A DNA stretch of 64,000 bases. It comes from Heterodontus francisci. Taxonomy: Eukaryota. The translations under genes were made by a program, and so were the position numbers. Shown piece after piece: positions 36,402 through 48,149 of this stretch. Numbering within the stretch: position 1 is the stretch's first letter; every line of letters starts with the position of its first letter. The notes under the pieces are model-generated. The model was given only the letters and a program-made list of their open reading frames with translations, was not told where the DNA came from and did not search any database. The DNA lies in assembly GCF_036365525.1 (NCBI RefSeq), contig NC_090372.1, positions 16,827,630-16,891,629 on the forward strand. The letters run 5' to 3'.

Positions 36402-37764
36402 CGGGACTCTACAAAGCAACAATGGCAATTTGCACTGCCCACTTTCAGCAAACACTGAATTCAAACAAAAAGAAAAGCACATTACTGGAGCATGACAAAT
36501 ATCTAAATTTCTTCTTATTTTTATTTTGATGCAAGACAATATTTTTATATATGATGATGCAGTAGATGACTTCCTGGCACATCATTGCTTAGAGAAATGT
36601 CCATTTGTTTATGTATATCTTAACAGAAAATGAGTCAGAAACAGAAGTTAGATGCTCTGAATTGTTATTTTGTACCATTAGTGAAAGGGATACCTCTATT
36701 GCCAGTTAATGTGCTGCAGGTGTTTACTTCATGCTATTAGCACCTTAGGACGTTCCACCACGTTAAAGGTGCTATATCAATACAGGTTGTTGTTGAAGTA
36801 GTTATCTCATATCAACATCTATATTCATTTAGGGTCCAGCATCTGCTGGCCACAAAACCTCAATTAAACCAGTGATATACGTACAGTTCTGTATACTGTT
36901 GTTAAAATGTTTTGATGCTTCAAAGGTTACCATAGCGATCAGGCTTGTCCTGCAACGGCAAATGAGAGGGATATAGAGGCAGTTATTAATTTCTGTACAA
37001 GAGGTTACTCTCAGGATCAATTGCTATTCGGAGCAACGTTCTTTAACAGTTGTAAAAAAGTGATGTTCGCTGTTTAGTTTCCTTCGCCCCTGTACTGCGG
37101 TTTTTATGTGAAGAAGAATATATTGGTAATCAGGTCAGTTGTCTAATTCGCATTAATAGTCGATCAGTAATATGTCATTTGGCTACACTGAGCCAATTAT
37201 GTTTATGCCATTAACTTAAGGAGACAAAAATGGGCATTATTATTAATGCCTTAGCTTACTACTGGATTGGACACCACAATCACCATCAACAGAGTATTAG
37301 CATTCTAATTCTGAAACTACTGTACCTTCTCCCTCACAGTTGCCACTGGGCACCTAAACTATTCACTTCTATTGAATACAGCAGGTGTGGTGATATAACA
37401 TGGCTTTTTGCAAATATGTACCAAGACCTTTGTTAGAAGGTAAATGAAAAGACAACTTTAATTTCAAATGTTTTCAGGCTGCTTAAACTGATTGATATGG
37501 TACCTCCTCCCCCGACCCAAACCAGTACAGCCTCTTTCTTTCTGATTTGCAAAATCAAAGGTTAATGTTTTAAAAGACCAAACTGCCATGGAGGCCCAGA
37601 GTTGGCAAGGAACCTATTGTGAACTTTGCTGCTTGTTCTTGCCAGTGAGTCATCAAATCATGTGGATTGTGAACTTGCTGTGATCCTGCATGGTGGGATA
37701 ACTATGAAAGATGAAGGGAAAGACAAGGGTGCTTGCAGGTCCCTGTACAGATCATAATGAAGTT

Positions 37765-37770
37765 AATAAA
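37765..37770 (+). terminator. Candidate polyadenylation signal for SLC6A19
   Basis: First AATAAA I could find after the stop codon, followed by T-rich sequence. An ATTAAA at 36863 is an alternative. No transcript evidence. Confidence 0.3.
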
Positions 37771-38184
37771 CGTTTTTATGTCATTTTCCTGCATGACCAA
37801 TTACAGAGACTAAATTTGCATATTTATTTTCTTCACATTTCAGAAATGTTTAGAAGAAATTTAAAGGAGAAATACCTGATAAGTTTTTGCAAAATAAAAC
37901 CTCTTCATTTGGAGACCCAATGTGCTTTCAAGGAAATTTGCATTGATCTCATTTTGTCCAGAAATTGAATGAAATCCTCCCAAATAGGTCAATGGTCACA
38001 AGTTTCCTGAAGTTCACCCCTGGCAAACTGATGTTCTTTTGGAAAGGCATTCTAAAAGATAAATTACAATCTAAGGTTTTGTCAGAGTACACAAGAAACA
38101 CTTCTCACTGCACAGTCGGAGACTGGAATTCCACAGAGTCTCTTTTGGGAGGCTGCGCCCTGGGCACAAAGCCTCACTCTACCA

Positions 38185-39319
38185 GGGCTGAATTTTCCCG
38201 GTTGGGTTGCGATCTCAACGTCAGCTTCAATTCCAGGTTGTGAACCCAGAAGTGGCCATGGCAGGATGTCGCTGGCAAACTTCCTGGAGGCAACCAATTA
38301 AGAACCCACTTCTGGGAACCCGTCCAATTAAGGACAGTGGGTGGACTGGAGAGGTGGGCAGCCCAATAGGACAGCCTAAAACGATGTCCAGCCAGCAGTC
38401 CCATCGGGAGATGTGGACACTGCTGAGGCCGTCAGAAGACCGCATGGACGCCTCAAAATGGAGGTGCTCTCTGCAACATTGTAAAAATATTTTAAAAATA
38501 CACGTAGCTTCAGGCCATCATTGTAAAGGGGATCCCCTCCACAGGATGGCTTGCAACTGTGGCTGTTCCATCCCAGCAGGTCTGTACCAAGGTGATAGAG
38601 AGGAGGCGTCAATGGTCCACTCTGTCCTGCTGCTAGGAGGCCACCTCAAATTACCTGTGGGCTGTCGGCCTCAGCAGGATGCCCATCCGCTGTCGGGGAA
38701 GATGACAGCGTGGCATCACCTTTCCCCCAGTTGGCCCGTTAATGGGCCTGATTGGCTTCCTGCTGCTGCCAGGGCTGGAGGGGCGGGGGTGGTAGCCTCT
38801 GCCTCATTGACTCCATCTCCAGCAAGATCGCTTGGAGCCAGGAATGCATTGCGTAGCCGACCTGACCAGCAAGTTTCCAAAATAAAAAGAGAAAGTGCTG
38901 GAAATACTCAGCATGTCTGGCAGCATCTGTGGAGAGAGAAACAGACTTCATGCTTCAGGTCAGTGACCTTTCATCAGAACTGGCAAAGGTTAGAAATGTA
39001 ATAGGTTTTAAGCAAATAAAACGGGGGGTGGGGGAAAAGAGAACAAAAGAGAAGGTGTTGATAGGACAGAGGGCCAGAGAGATTAACTGACAAGGAGGTC
39101 ATGGGGCAAAGGCAAGAGAAAGCTCACTGTCCTGAAATGTCAACTCTGCTTCTCTCGTCACAGATGCTGCCAGACCTGCTGACTATTTCCAGCATTTTCT
39201 CTTTTTATTTCAGATTTCCAGCATCTACAGTATTTTGCTTTTATTTTAGAGCCATTTTCCAACTTTGCTCCAGGTCCCATCTCTTACCCTGCCGCTGAAG
39301 GACCAGGAAAATTCAGCCT
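38185..39319. mobile_element. MITE with ~18-bp TIRs (Harbinger-like), host to a mini Penelope insertion
   Basis: Left GGGCTGAATTTTCCCGGT, right ACCAGGAAAATTCAGCCT. No clear TSD. Confidence 0.55.
38881..39249. mobile_element. Miniature inverted-pair Penelope-like insertion
   Basis: Minus arm 38881-~39115, plus arm ~39116-39210, same tail 39211-39249 as at 24596. Degenerate 13-bp TSD AGCAAGTTTCCAA / AGCCATTTTCCAA. Confidence 0.8.
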
Positions 39320-41052
39320 ACTGAAGCAAGGCAATGTATTATAATAACCATGGTGATGTTGATTTACCAGTGTGTGTAGTGGAATCCGGTTATAATGATT
39401 GACCTGAGCAGATCCCAAATTTATCAATAAAGCCAACTGATCACTGCATCCGAAAGTAGCGGGTGAGCAGCCGGAACATCATATTGTGGGGTTGAAACAA
39501 CTAATCGGAAACAGCAGCTCAATCCACCAGCACACGATCCAAAAATACTTGCCCATGTAAAACAGTAACTTCATTCCAATTAAAGTCCACTGAAGGAATG
39601 TTGAAAGTCACTTTTAAAAGAATGGCTAAAAGTTAAACTAAATGTAATGGGAATGGGAAAGGAAAATCTGGCAGGGTGGATCAGCCAGCAGCAGTAGAGG
39701 CCACTTGCTTTTCCTTACATTGAAATTAATGGAGAGAAAATCCATTGGGTTCTGTAAAGGGGATCTGATCATCCCTACTCGATTTTCCTTCCTGTATTGT
39801 GCTGTTTAACACCCCGGTGGTAATGATGAGCATTTAACCAAATGTTACAGCTTAACAATCTATCAGCATCAGTACAAATCTGAATTTAAAGCAAGTAATA
39901 AATTCAATATGTGTAGGAGCCCCATTATGATGAAGTGATGATACAAGATGGATCAGTGATTCCGGACTTAAGTCCTGAACCCAGATCATAACTTCAGGTC
40001 TATGGATAAAGGTGGCTAAAGATTACTTAATGCTTAATTTGAAAGCCCAACTATTCTAGTTTTGCATTGATTTTCCATCATTTCCCTCCAACAGAATCTT
40101 TAAAAGATTTTAAATTGTAGTAGAACCATTCCACCAAATGGATATTGATATGTAAACATCTTTTGTGACATACTATTGTTTAGAATTTTGGGTTTTGCCA
40201 AAATCACTGGGTGAACTTATTCAGCGATGTCATTGTGACTGAAGCTGTGTTAAATTAACAACAGACATAGTTAAAATAACAAAATCAGTGACACTGTCTG
40301 GGAAATGATTACTGATGTATTATGGACTTTATAACATAGGCCTCAGTAACTCCCCCCACTTCAATCCCTTTGTGTCCTCCACACTCATTTAAATCAACAA
40401 CAAAAAAAACCCCACGACCTAGCTGCTGTGGATCCTTCCCACAATGAGCCTTTGGTAAACGTACTGCCATGTGTAGTATTGAACCATAGAGATCCTCACT
40501 GAAAGCTTCCTGCTGAGTTAGCCATCACGAGGGAGATGTGTCAAATAGCTTCAATAGCCCTTGACTAAAAAGGGAGGAATTAGCTGTGGGTTTCTGTTCA
40601 CTATCCAGTTACCCACACTAATCGAGCCAAGGATAACTTCAGTTGTGGCTGCAACATCCTCTCCGCTTAAAAGAAAGCCGCCTGTTAACACTTGCTGTTC
40701 TGCTTCACAAAAGGGTGAGATATTGGGCAGCTGCCAACATCTCTGTGGAACTATATGGTAGCAAGAGTCACTACCTTCAGAAGAAGGGAAGGAAACTGGT
40801 CAAAGAAAAGTCCAAATATTGTGGATGGGAATGGATTGCTTTATGGCGTTTGTTTCTTTAAAAAAGGTACTGCTGATAACAGCCACATTTTAAGGGTAAC
40901 CACAATGTTTGCAAGTTTTTGAAGGAATCCACATGTAAGAGGAAACTAAGAACAACTTCAGAGATCCGACTGCATTCCGACTTCATTCAATACAACCCAC
41001 ATTGTGTATGTTTTATTATCAAACTCAGGGCTTACTTTACATTTGTCACCTT

Positions 41053-41065
41053 GTTATCGATTAAC
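41053..41065 (+). promoter_or_regulatory. HNF1-like site upstream of SLC6A18
   Basis: GTTATCGATTAAC, two mismatches to the HNF1 consensus GTTAATNATTAAC, about 160 bp upstream of the TATA-like box. Confidence 0.35.
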
Positions 41066-41219
41066 AAATATCTCTCTGTATTTGACACATCTATCCTGAC
41101 AGATTGCTTTATTTTAATCACTTATCCTCGTGATTTCCCAATTCTATATTCAGGACATCTAAACAAATGACGTTGACCCTCTGTAAGATTTGGCTCCTCC
41201 CAGCTCCCCTCCATCTGAA

Positions 41220-41226
41220 TATAAAT
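41220..41226 (+). promoter_or_regulatory. TATA-like box of SLC6A18
   Basis: TATAAAT 148 bp upstream of the predicted ATG, in a stretch with no recognisable repeats. Confidence 0.45.
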
Positions 41227-41367
41227 CGTGGATTTTCTCAGTAGCAGATTATCCAGTACTTTATTGTTAAAGAGATAACATATTAATTGCAAGAAAAGTA
41301 GGAAGTTACAGAATAGCTAAGAACAGGAATCTGAACATATCCCTCCGTATGATCCCAGTTGGATGAG

Positions 41368-41539
41368 ATGGCAGCAGAAAGGGAGAATGATTGTGTTATG
41401 GGTGAAAACACTGATGTTTTGATGGAGGAGAGGCCTAAGTGGGACAATAAGTTTCAGTATGTCCTGAGCTGTGTTGGATTTGCTGTGGGACTGGGAAACA
41501 TATGGAGGTTCCCATACCTTTGTCAGACTTATGGAGGTG
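41368..41539 (+). CDS. SLC6A18: SLC6A18 (B0AT3/XT2) coding exon 1
   Basis: ATG in good Kozak context (GAGATGG). Encodes [57 protein letters not shown], donor [16 protein letters not shown] and CQTYGGG fit SLC6A18 better than SLC6A19 (GFCVGLGNVW, CQSHGGG). The tandem position downstream of SLC6A19 matches vertebrate synteny. Confidence 0.88.
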
Positions 41540-43960
41540 GTGAGTATACAAGCACAAAGATGGAGGGGAAACTTGTATGCAGATTGCTATGGTTAACCTA
41601 TGTGAATTTCTCTGTATTTTGGAGTTTCTTTGGAAGTCACTGTGCAACGAGAGGGTGAACACGTACTACAGAAGACAACATTCCTTTGTTCACTGTTTTA
41701 GCAGAGGCACCTAAGCATTTAAAATAAGTAGTTTAACACCTGCATGGAAATAATATACAAAGGAATGTCATTAAAACAAATTCAATGTCTGTCTACCAAT
41801 ATATCGACAGTGATTGCTAAGTTTAAGGATCTTCAGTAATTTCTATGCTGGGTTTTTGTATGTTGAAATTACCAAAACACAAAGTTAATCATATTTCTTT
41901 TTCTATCCATCAGAAACACCTATCATTTTGACAATAGCATATGGTTTGGTTATACTAGAGTATGATTTTCAGCTTCCTCAATTGTTTTCCAGTCAGGATG
42001 TCACCGGGCTTCACAATAAGATAACTTGCATGAATTCCTTTTGCAAAAAATGTTGCTGTTGACAAGTTTGCCATCTAGCATAAGCTCGTTAATGTGTTAG
42101 TTACTGTCACACAGCATAATTTCATCCATTGGCATTTCAATGTGTTGTTAACCAGGGGATTAGTCAACACTTAGTTGCTAGTTTGTCAACAAGTTGCCCA
42201 GTCTGGTCAATCAACTCGAGAAAAAGTGACCGGATATGTGGTGGCATGGGGTTACTGTGTCTCAACATGTGAGTAAGCTGAGTTAACAGGTTTTAATTAT
42301 ATGAGTATGTTAGTTCATCTCTTTTCATACAATTACCCTCAGTATGTGATTGACTATTTCACCCTAGAAAGGATTTAGAAAAATAGAGTTATATTTAAAG
42401 GTTGTGTTTTAAAGCAAACTGTGTTCTCACAAATCATTTTTCAAAAGGCACTGAGATAAAAGAGGGTTAAAATACTAATGAGCTAGGTTTTAATTATGTT
42501 TCCTTATAGACCATAAATATTCCACAATTAATTAGCTGGTCTCATTGTTTCTGTAAATGACAAACACCCTACACTCAGTGTGTTGAGAGGAACCCATATC
42601 CTGAGTGCTTGCCTGGGGTAGCCTATCACAAACCTTCCTCTCAAGTTGTGAACATGGAGAGATAAAAGGCAGAGACAGAGACACAGACAATCAGCCCGGT
42701 TTTGTTGCCAGGGTGTTTTGCAAAAGCTCAGAAGGGTACAAAGAAGGAGGGTAGTTAGACTTTACTGGTCTAATTTTGACTTTGTGTGATATCAAATCAG
42801 TTGCTCTCAGTTTTTATTTCCAATGAAGTCAATGTTACATCCCTGGGTTACACTGTTATAGTCTGATATTGCACCAAGGTGAAGTAGTAAGTCCTGCACC
42901 ATTTTCAGTGCTATTGGGAGTCCCACATCAACAATGGAGGAGGGGTATTGTTGCAGCTCCTTGCCTTGGAACAAGCAGGCTGCGCCAGGCGAAGATCTAT
43001 TAAAAAAAAATGTAAAGCACCAATTTTGAGTTTGCCACTTTCCTAATTGCAATCAATCGCTCTGTGGTCAGTTGCAGTAGAGAAACCAGACTTGAGAGGG
43101 GAATGGGCCCTTCTTCTGCCAGAATCATGTCCTGGTGCATAAGCAAGCCAAGCCAGCTTCATGCAAGCTTACATAGCATTGGACAAGGGAAGAAAGTGGA
43201 ACTGGCAGGAATTCCAGTGGAAAGCACTATCCTGTAAATCTTGCATCTTCTTCTGTTGTGTTCATGGAAGGGGCATAAGAAGCACCTTCCCCACTTCCTC
43301 CTCCATGGTACCTATGCACATTGGTGCTCCCTAATTCCTCATTCACCTTTTCCCAGCATTACCTTTTTTTGAGTCTTTCCAGGCTACTTCCTGACTCATC
43401 CACATCACCAAGATTATCCTGATAAAAGTAATCAATTACACCACTGTGCGACTGTGACTGTGGCTCACTTTGTCCTCCTTGACCTTTCTGCCATCTTTGA
43501 CACGGTCAGCCACTCGGTTTTCCTCCACCACCTGTCCTTTTCAATCTCTGTCCACACTTGCTCTCATGGTTCCATTTCTGGTCCAGGTTGAAATATCCAA
43601 GGATGAGAAGTCCCGCAGCACAAAAATGTGACTATCAAAGTGTTACTTTGCCTCTTGTGCACCCAGTTGACTGTGGCAGCTTAAGTTAGGTTTTCAAAAT
43701 AGAATTTGACAAACACTAATAATTTCTGGCAGAATTCTTCTGGTCGACTGCCATAACTTTGTCAGAAGGCAGGTAGTAACCCGAGAGAAACACCAAATTT
43801 TGAAGAAATCCTACCCCAATAACACCTTTCCCACTGTCTACTTAAATCAGTTATGCACTTTCAGTTGACTCCAGGGTCAGGGGGATATAAAACACATACA
43901 GAGAAATGTTTGTTGTGTGAAGCTTGTGGAGGATTATTAACCAATGTGAATGAATAATTT

Positions 43961-44150
43961 ACTGGAGTATCAGCTTGGTAACATTCTTGTATCTGAGTCA
44001 GAAAATTCTGAGTCCAGGACTAACTCTGCTGAGGGTACTGTTATATTGAAATGTTAAATAAATAAACAAAGATCCCATCTGCCTGTTCCAGTAGTTCAGG
44101 TTAATGGTAGGAATCACAATATTTCAAGAGCAGAGGGTATTGGCCTGCCC
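43961..44150 (+). mobile_element. Degraded SINE, possibly Deu-domain (SacSINE1-like)
   Basis: tRNA-like head (tctgagtcagaa...gagtcc) followed by gatcccatctgcctgtt and tatttcaagagcagaggg, resembling my recollection of the Deu domain. A possible 3' fragment lies at 4290-4368(-). Confidence 0.3.
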
Positions 44151-44580
44151 ATGTTTGGAACAGTTGGGACTGTTTTCCTTGGAGAAGAGAAGGCTGAGAG
44201 ATGATTTGATAGAGGTATTCAAAATCATGAGGGGTCTGGACAGAGTAGATAGAGAGAAACTGTTACCATTGGTGGTAGGATACAGACCAAAGGATACCGA
44301 TTTAAGGTAACTGGCAAAAGAAGCAATGGTGACATGAGAGAAAACCTTTTTCACGCAGCAAGTGGTTAGGATCTGGAATGCACTACCCGAGAGTGTGGTG
44401 GAGGCGTGTATGATTGAGGCTTTCAAAAGGGAGTTGGATTATTACCTGAAAAGAAAGAATGTGCGGGCTACGGGAGAAGGCAGGGGAGTGGCACTAGTTG
44501 AATTTCTCCTTCAGAGAGCCAGTACAGTAATGATGGGCTGAATGGCCTCCTTCTGTGCTGTAACCATTCTATGATTCTAT
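44150..44580 (+). mobile_element. CR1 LINE 3' fragment
   Basis: LEQLGLFSLEKRRLRDDLIEVFKIMRG, then the tail gggctgaatggcctccttctgtgctgtaaccattctatgattcta. Confidence 0.85.
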
Positions 44581-45639
44581 TGGCCAGATAGATCTGCCAT
44601 TGGTGGAGCCTATGAACTCCTCTTAGTACCATCCACAACAAAATGGAAGATCTTTAAATGATTAAGCCTACAGATGCAAGATTGATGGGTTACTTGTAAC
44701 CCACAAAGTAGTTGAGTCTGATTTATTTCCAGTGCATTTACTGTTTTGAAAAGAAAAATACAACTTTCTTTTGTGCCTCACAGTGTAAAATATTAACTCA
44801 GTTCTACTCAATACAGCAAATGTTTAATCTTGTTCACTGTTTTTCTCACCATAAGAAAACAAGCCATTTAGTGCCACAACCTGACTTTGCCAGTATTGTG
44901 TTCACAGGGACCTGGCTCCTAGACGTATGCCAGAAGTGAGCGGTTATCAATAAAATGGGGGAACGGTGTGATCAATCTTTTTAAAATGCAGTAACATCTA
45001 AGTGTAAGCTTTTCAGAGCAGCCTTTAGTGTCTCAGGGCTGTAATGTTCCATTCTCCATTTGGCTAAAGACTCAAATTGGTCATTGTGCAGCTAAATAAC
45101 ACCCCCTCCCCACCCCAGGCAAACAGAGCACAGGATTTTCAGTCAGGAAGACCGACACATAAAGAACTATAGACGTTGCACCTTGTCCAAACTTCATCCA
45201 CACCAAGTCCCATAGCCCACCCTCCCTGTTTCATCTAAGCTCTTTCTGTCAGCCATGGAACATTACAAGTCCTGTCAAACCTTAACACATAAAAGTATCA
45301 AAATACATGGACTATGTAAGACCCTCAATTTATGTATTTTTGAAGAGCATGTAACCTAAAATGTTCAGTGAAACAATATGTAAATTCTTTGCTGAATTCA
45401 ATAAATGCATTTCCATGGAAAAGTAAACACAAGGGGATAAGAATTCCTCTATCTGCAGTGACATCCCACATTTGATAAGTATTCTTGAGTTTGATACTTC
45501 TACTGGAACAAACAATTCCCACTGCGTTCCTCCCGATCGGCTGCTGTAATTTTGGTAGAAGATCAGTGGAACCATAGAGAAATGGCACAAATACTTACAA
45601 ACAGCAGTAGACCAGGAGAGATGTTTAGTTTTTTAAATT

Positions 45640-46120
45640 ATTTGTTACCTGGATGTGGGAATCATTGACAAGCCCAGCATTTATTGACTATCTCTAGTTA
45701 CCCTTGAGAAGGTGATGGTCATCCGTCTTCTTGAACCCTGTAGTCTGTATGGTGAAGGGACTCTCACAATGCTGTTTAGTTTAGTTTAGAGATACAGCAC
45801 TGAAACAGGCCCTTCGGCCCACCGAGTCTGTGCCGACCATCAACCACCCATTTATACTAATCCTACACTAATTCCATATTCCTACCTCATCCCCACCTGT
45901 CCCTATATTTCCCTACCACCTACCTATACTAGGGGCAATTGCTAATGGCCAATTTACCTATCAACCTGCAAGTCTTTGGCATGTGGGAGGAAACCGGAGC
46001 ACCCGGAGGAAACCCATGCAGACACAGGGAGAACTTGCAAACTCCACACAGGCTGTTAGGTAGGGAGTTCCAGTATTTTGACCAAGTGGCAATGAAGGAA
46101 CAGCGATAGATGTCCAATTA
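45640..46120 (-). mobile_element. 'Family B' LINE 3' end containing a 5'-truncated V-SINE (45777-46051)
   Basis: The LINE sequence is interrupted at GCTGTT, which is duplicated at 45771-45776 and 46052-46057 around the SINE. Confidence 0.8.
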
Positions 46121-46440
46121 CAGGCCAGCAGTAGGCTAGTAGATATTTGTGAGGCCTGTAGGAGCACTCCTGCTCTATATTGGAGAGGCCTCCAATGGGC
46201 CTCTAAAGACCATGAGTTGGGGCTCTTAGCACTGAAGAAATGGAACTGAATGCATGAAGCATACTTTGCCCATTCTCTCTGAAAGCTGCAATCGGGGTCC
46301 TGCAACAGACATAAGACTTAAATTTGCATATCTGAAAAGCCTTCTGCCTGAAAGTTAATTCTAGTTGGTAAACAGCTGTCGAAGGCCCCTTCCAGATTTC
46401 AGGCGAGGAACAGACAGCCAGCCATTGCAAGGTTTTCCCC

Positions 46441-46678
46441 ATGTACTTATGTCTGAATAAGTATGTGAGTGTATGTGTGTATGCATGTATATGTGTATCT
46501 ATGTATGTATGCGTGTATATATGTGTCTATGCATTTGTGTGTCTAAGTATGTGTGTGTCTATGTGTGTGCATGTATGTCTGTGTGTGTATGCATGTGTAT
46601 CTATGTGTGTATGTGTATGTATGCCTATGTATATGTGAGTGTACTGTGTGTGTGTGTTCGTGTATGTGTGTATATATG
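46441..46678. repeat. Degenerate (TG/TA)n microsatellite
   Basis: Directly visible. Produces spurious MCV-rich ORFs. Confidence 0.9.
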
Positions 46679-47508
46679 GTGGTAACATTGCCCCTGCCTA
46701 CCTGGCAATGGGCCCGATTTTAACTTGCCCTATGTGAATGGGCAGCTAAAACGTCCTGTGTTACTTTACCCACTGAAAAACCGCCCAGATCCCCCCATTT
46801 TGAATATTAACAGAAACCTCTGGAAGGCGGCTAAGCCACCCATCCGCTGCCGAGGTGTCCTAAGTTGCAGGAGTTCAAAGACGTCATTGGGCTTTGACAG
46901 TGATGATAACTTTGGCCTCAGCAGGCATGGTGCTGCAGCTTTCCTGCTAGGTGAAGGCCAGCCTGAAATGATCAGAAAGCTATAGAGACTGTCCAAGTAA
47001 GTTTTTCTCTTTGCCTATAAGAATATTTTTGGCATTCACTGCCCCGGATCGAAAGCCTCCTTCACCTTTCCCTACTGGATTACAATTACCTGAGTGCCAA
47101 CAAGCAGCTAGGGACTGTGTGAATTTCTTGAGACCAGTTACTGCTTCCTGCCCACCTCCCACTCACTCTGGAAGGTTTATTGATGAGGCCCAGTGGTTTA
47201 CAGTGGTGTGGCCTCATTCTTCTATGGCCAGGCGGGAAAATAACTGAAAGCAGCAGTTTCCCACTGCAAACCCGCAGGCTGTTAAAGTACAACCCCCAAC
47301 CCCACCCCGGCCCACTGGTGCAGTGTGTATTTGTGCGCATGTTTGCATGTTTTTTGATACGTTCATGTTTGTATATGTGTGTGTAAGTGCGTGCGCGTCT
47401 GTTCCTGGGACACATTAAATTGTTGAAATCGTGGCAATCGTTTTGCAACTCGCCAAAGGATGACCCATTAATGATTTCCAAGTATATTGCAATTTCTAAA
47501 GAGATATA

Positions 47509-47694
47509 GGGCTAGAAATTCATCATGGATGGTGGTGCAAAATAGGCATTATTGGATTAACTGCCCGTTATAAGCAGAACCTGAGGTTTAATTCCATTGA
47601 CTGCAATGGAACTGAATGCCAGGCCGGGCATGTGATGGGTGGCCGATCAGATATCACTCATTTTGCACCACTGCCTGTGACCAATTTCTAGCCA
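47509..47694. mobile_element. Small palindromic MITE
   Basis: TIRs GGCTAGAAATT / AATTTCTAGCC, inner inverted pair gtggtgcaaaat / attttgcaccac, and central ttccattgactgcaatggaa. Confidence 0.65.
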
Positions 47695-48149
47695 TTTATG
47701 CTTTTCATTTGGTGTAATAAAAGCTTCTCAAGCTGAAGATATCATTGGAACGTTTCTCATTTTCCAGCTGCAGTGCCAATTGCAGTACAATAGGAACACG
47801 GGTTGACATCCAGTGAGATGCTTGCATCCAGTGGATATGGAAGACACCCCACCCTGCCCCCAGTTCCTCATCATCATATGTGTTGTGGGATCCAATAAAA
47901 CCCTCCCACCATAAAGAAGTGATCACCTTACCGGCTGGTATAAAGACAGTCACAGCCATGGATGGAGCATTCATGTTGTTCCTCCCTCAGACTCTTAATT
48001 AGCCTGTGAATATATTATTCTCCAAGGGAAGAGTGTGAAGATATGACAACAACAAAGACATTAACTTGGTTTCTTTTCAATAGATTCATAACTTCATTAA
48101 AGTGATGGACACAGAAATGTTGTACATGTCTGTTAAATGCTCATCTGTA

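Noticed and set aside
38207-39001. 264-aa ORF as a novel intergenic gene
   Set aside because: It lies entirely within a GC-rich MITE and runs into the PLE arm (ESAGNTQHVWQHL recurs at 26640). No domain-like features.
46441-46685. Cys/Val/Met-rich ORFs
   Set aside because: Translations of a TG/TA microsatellite.
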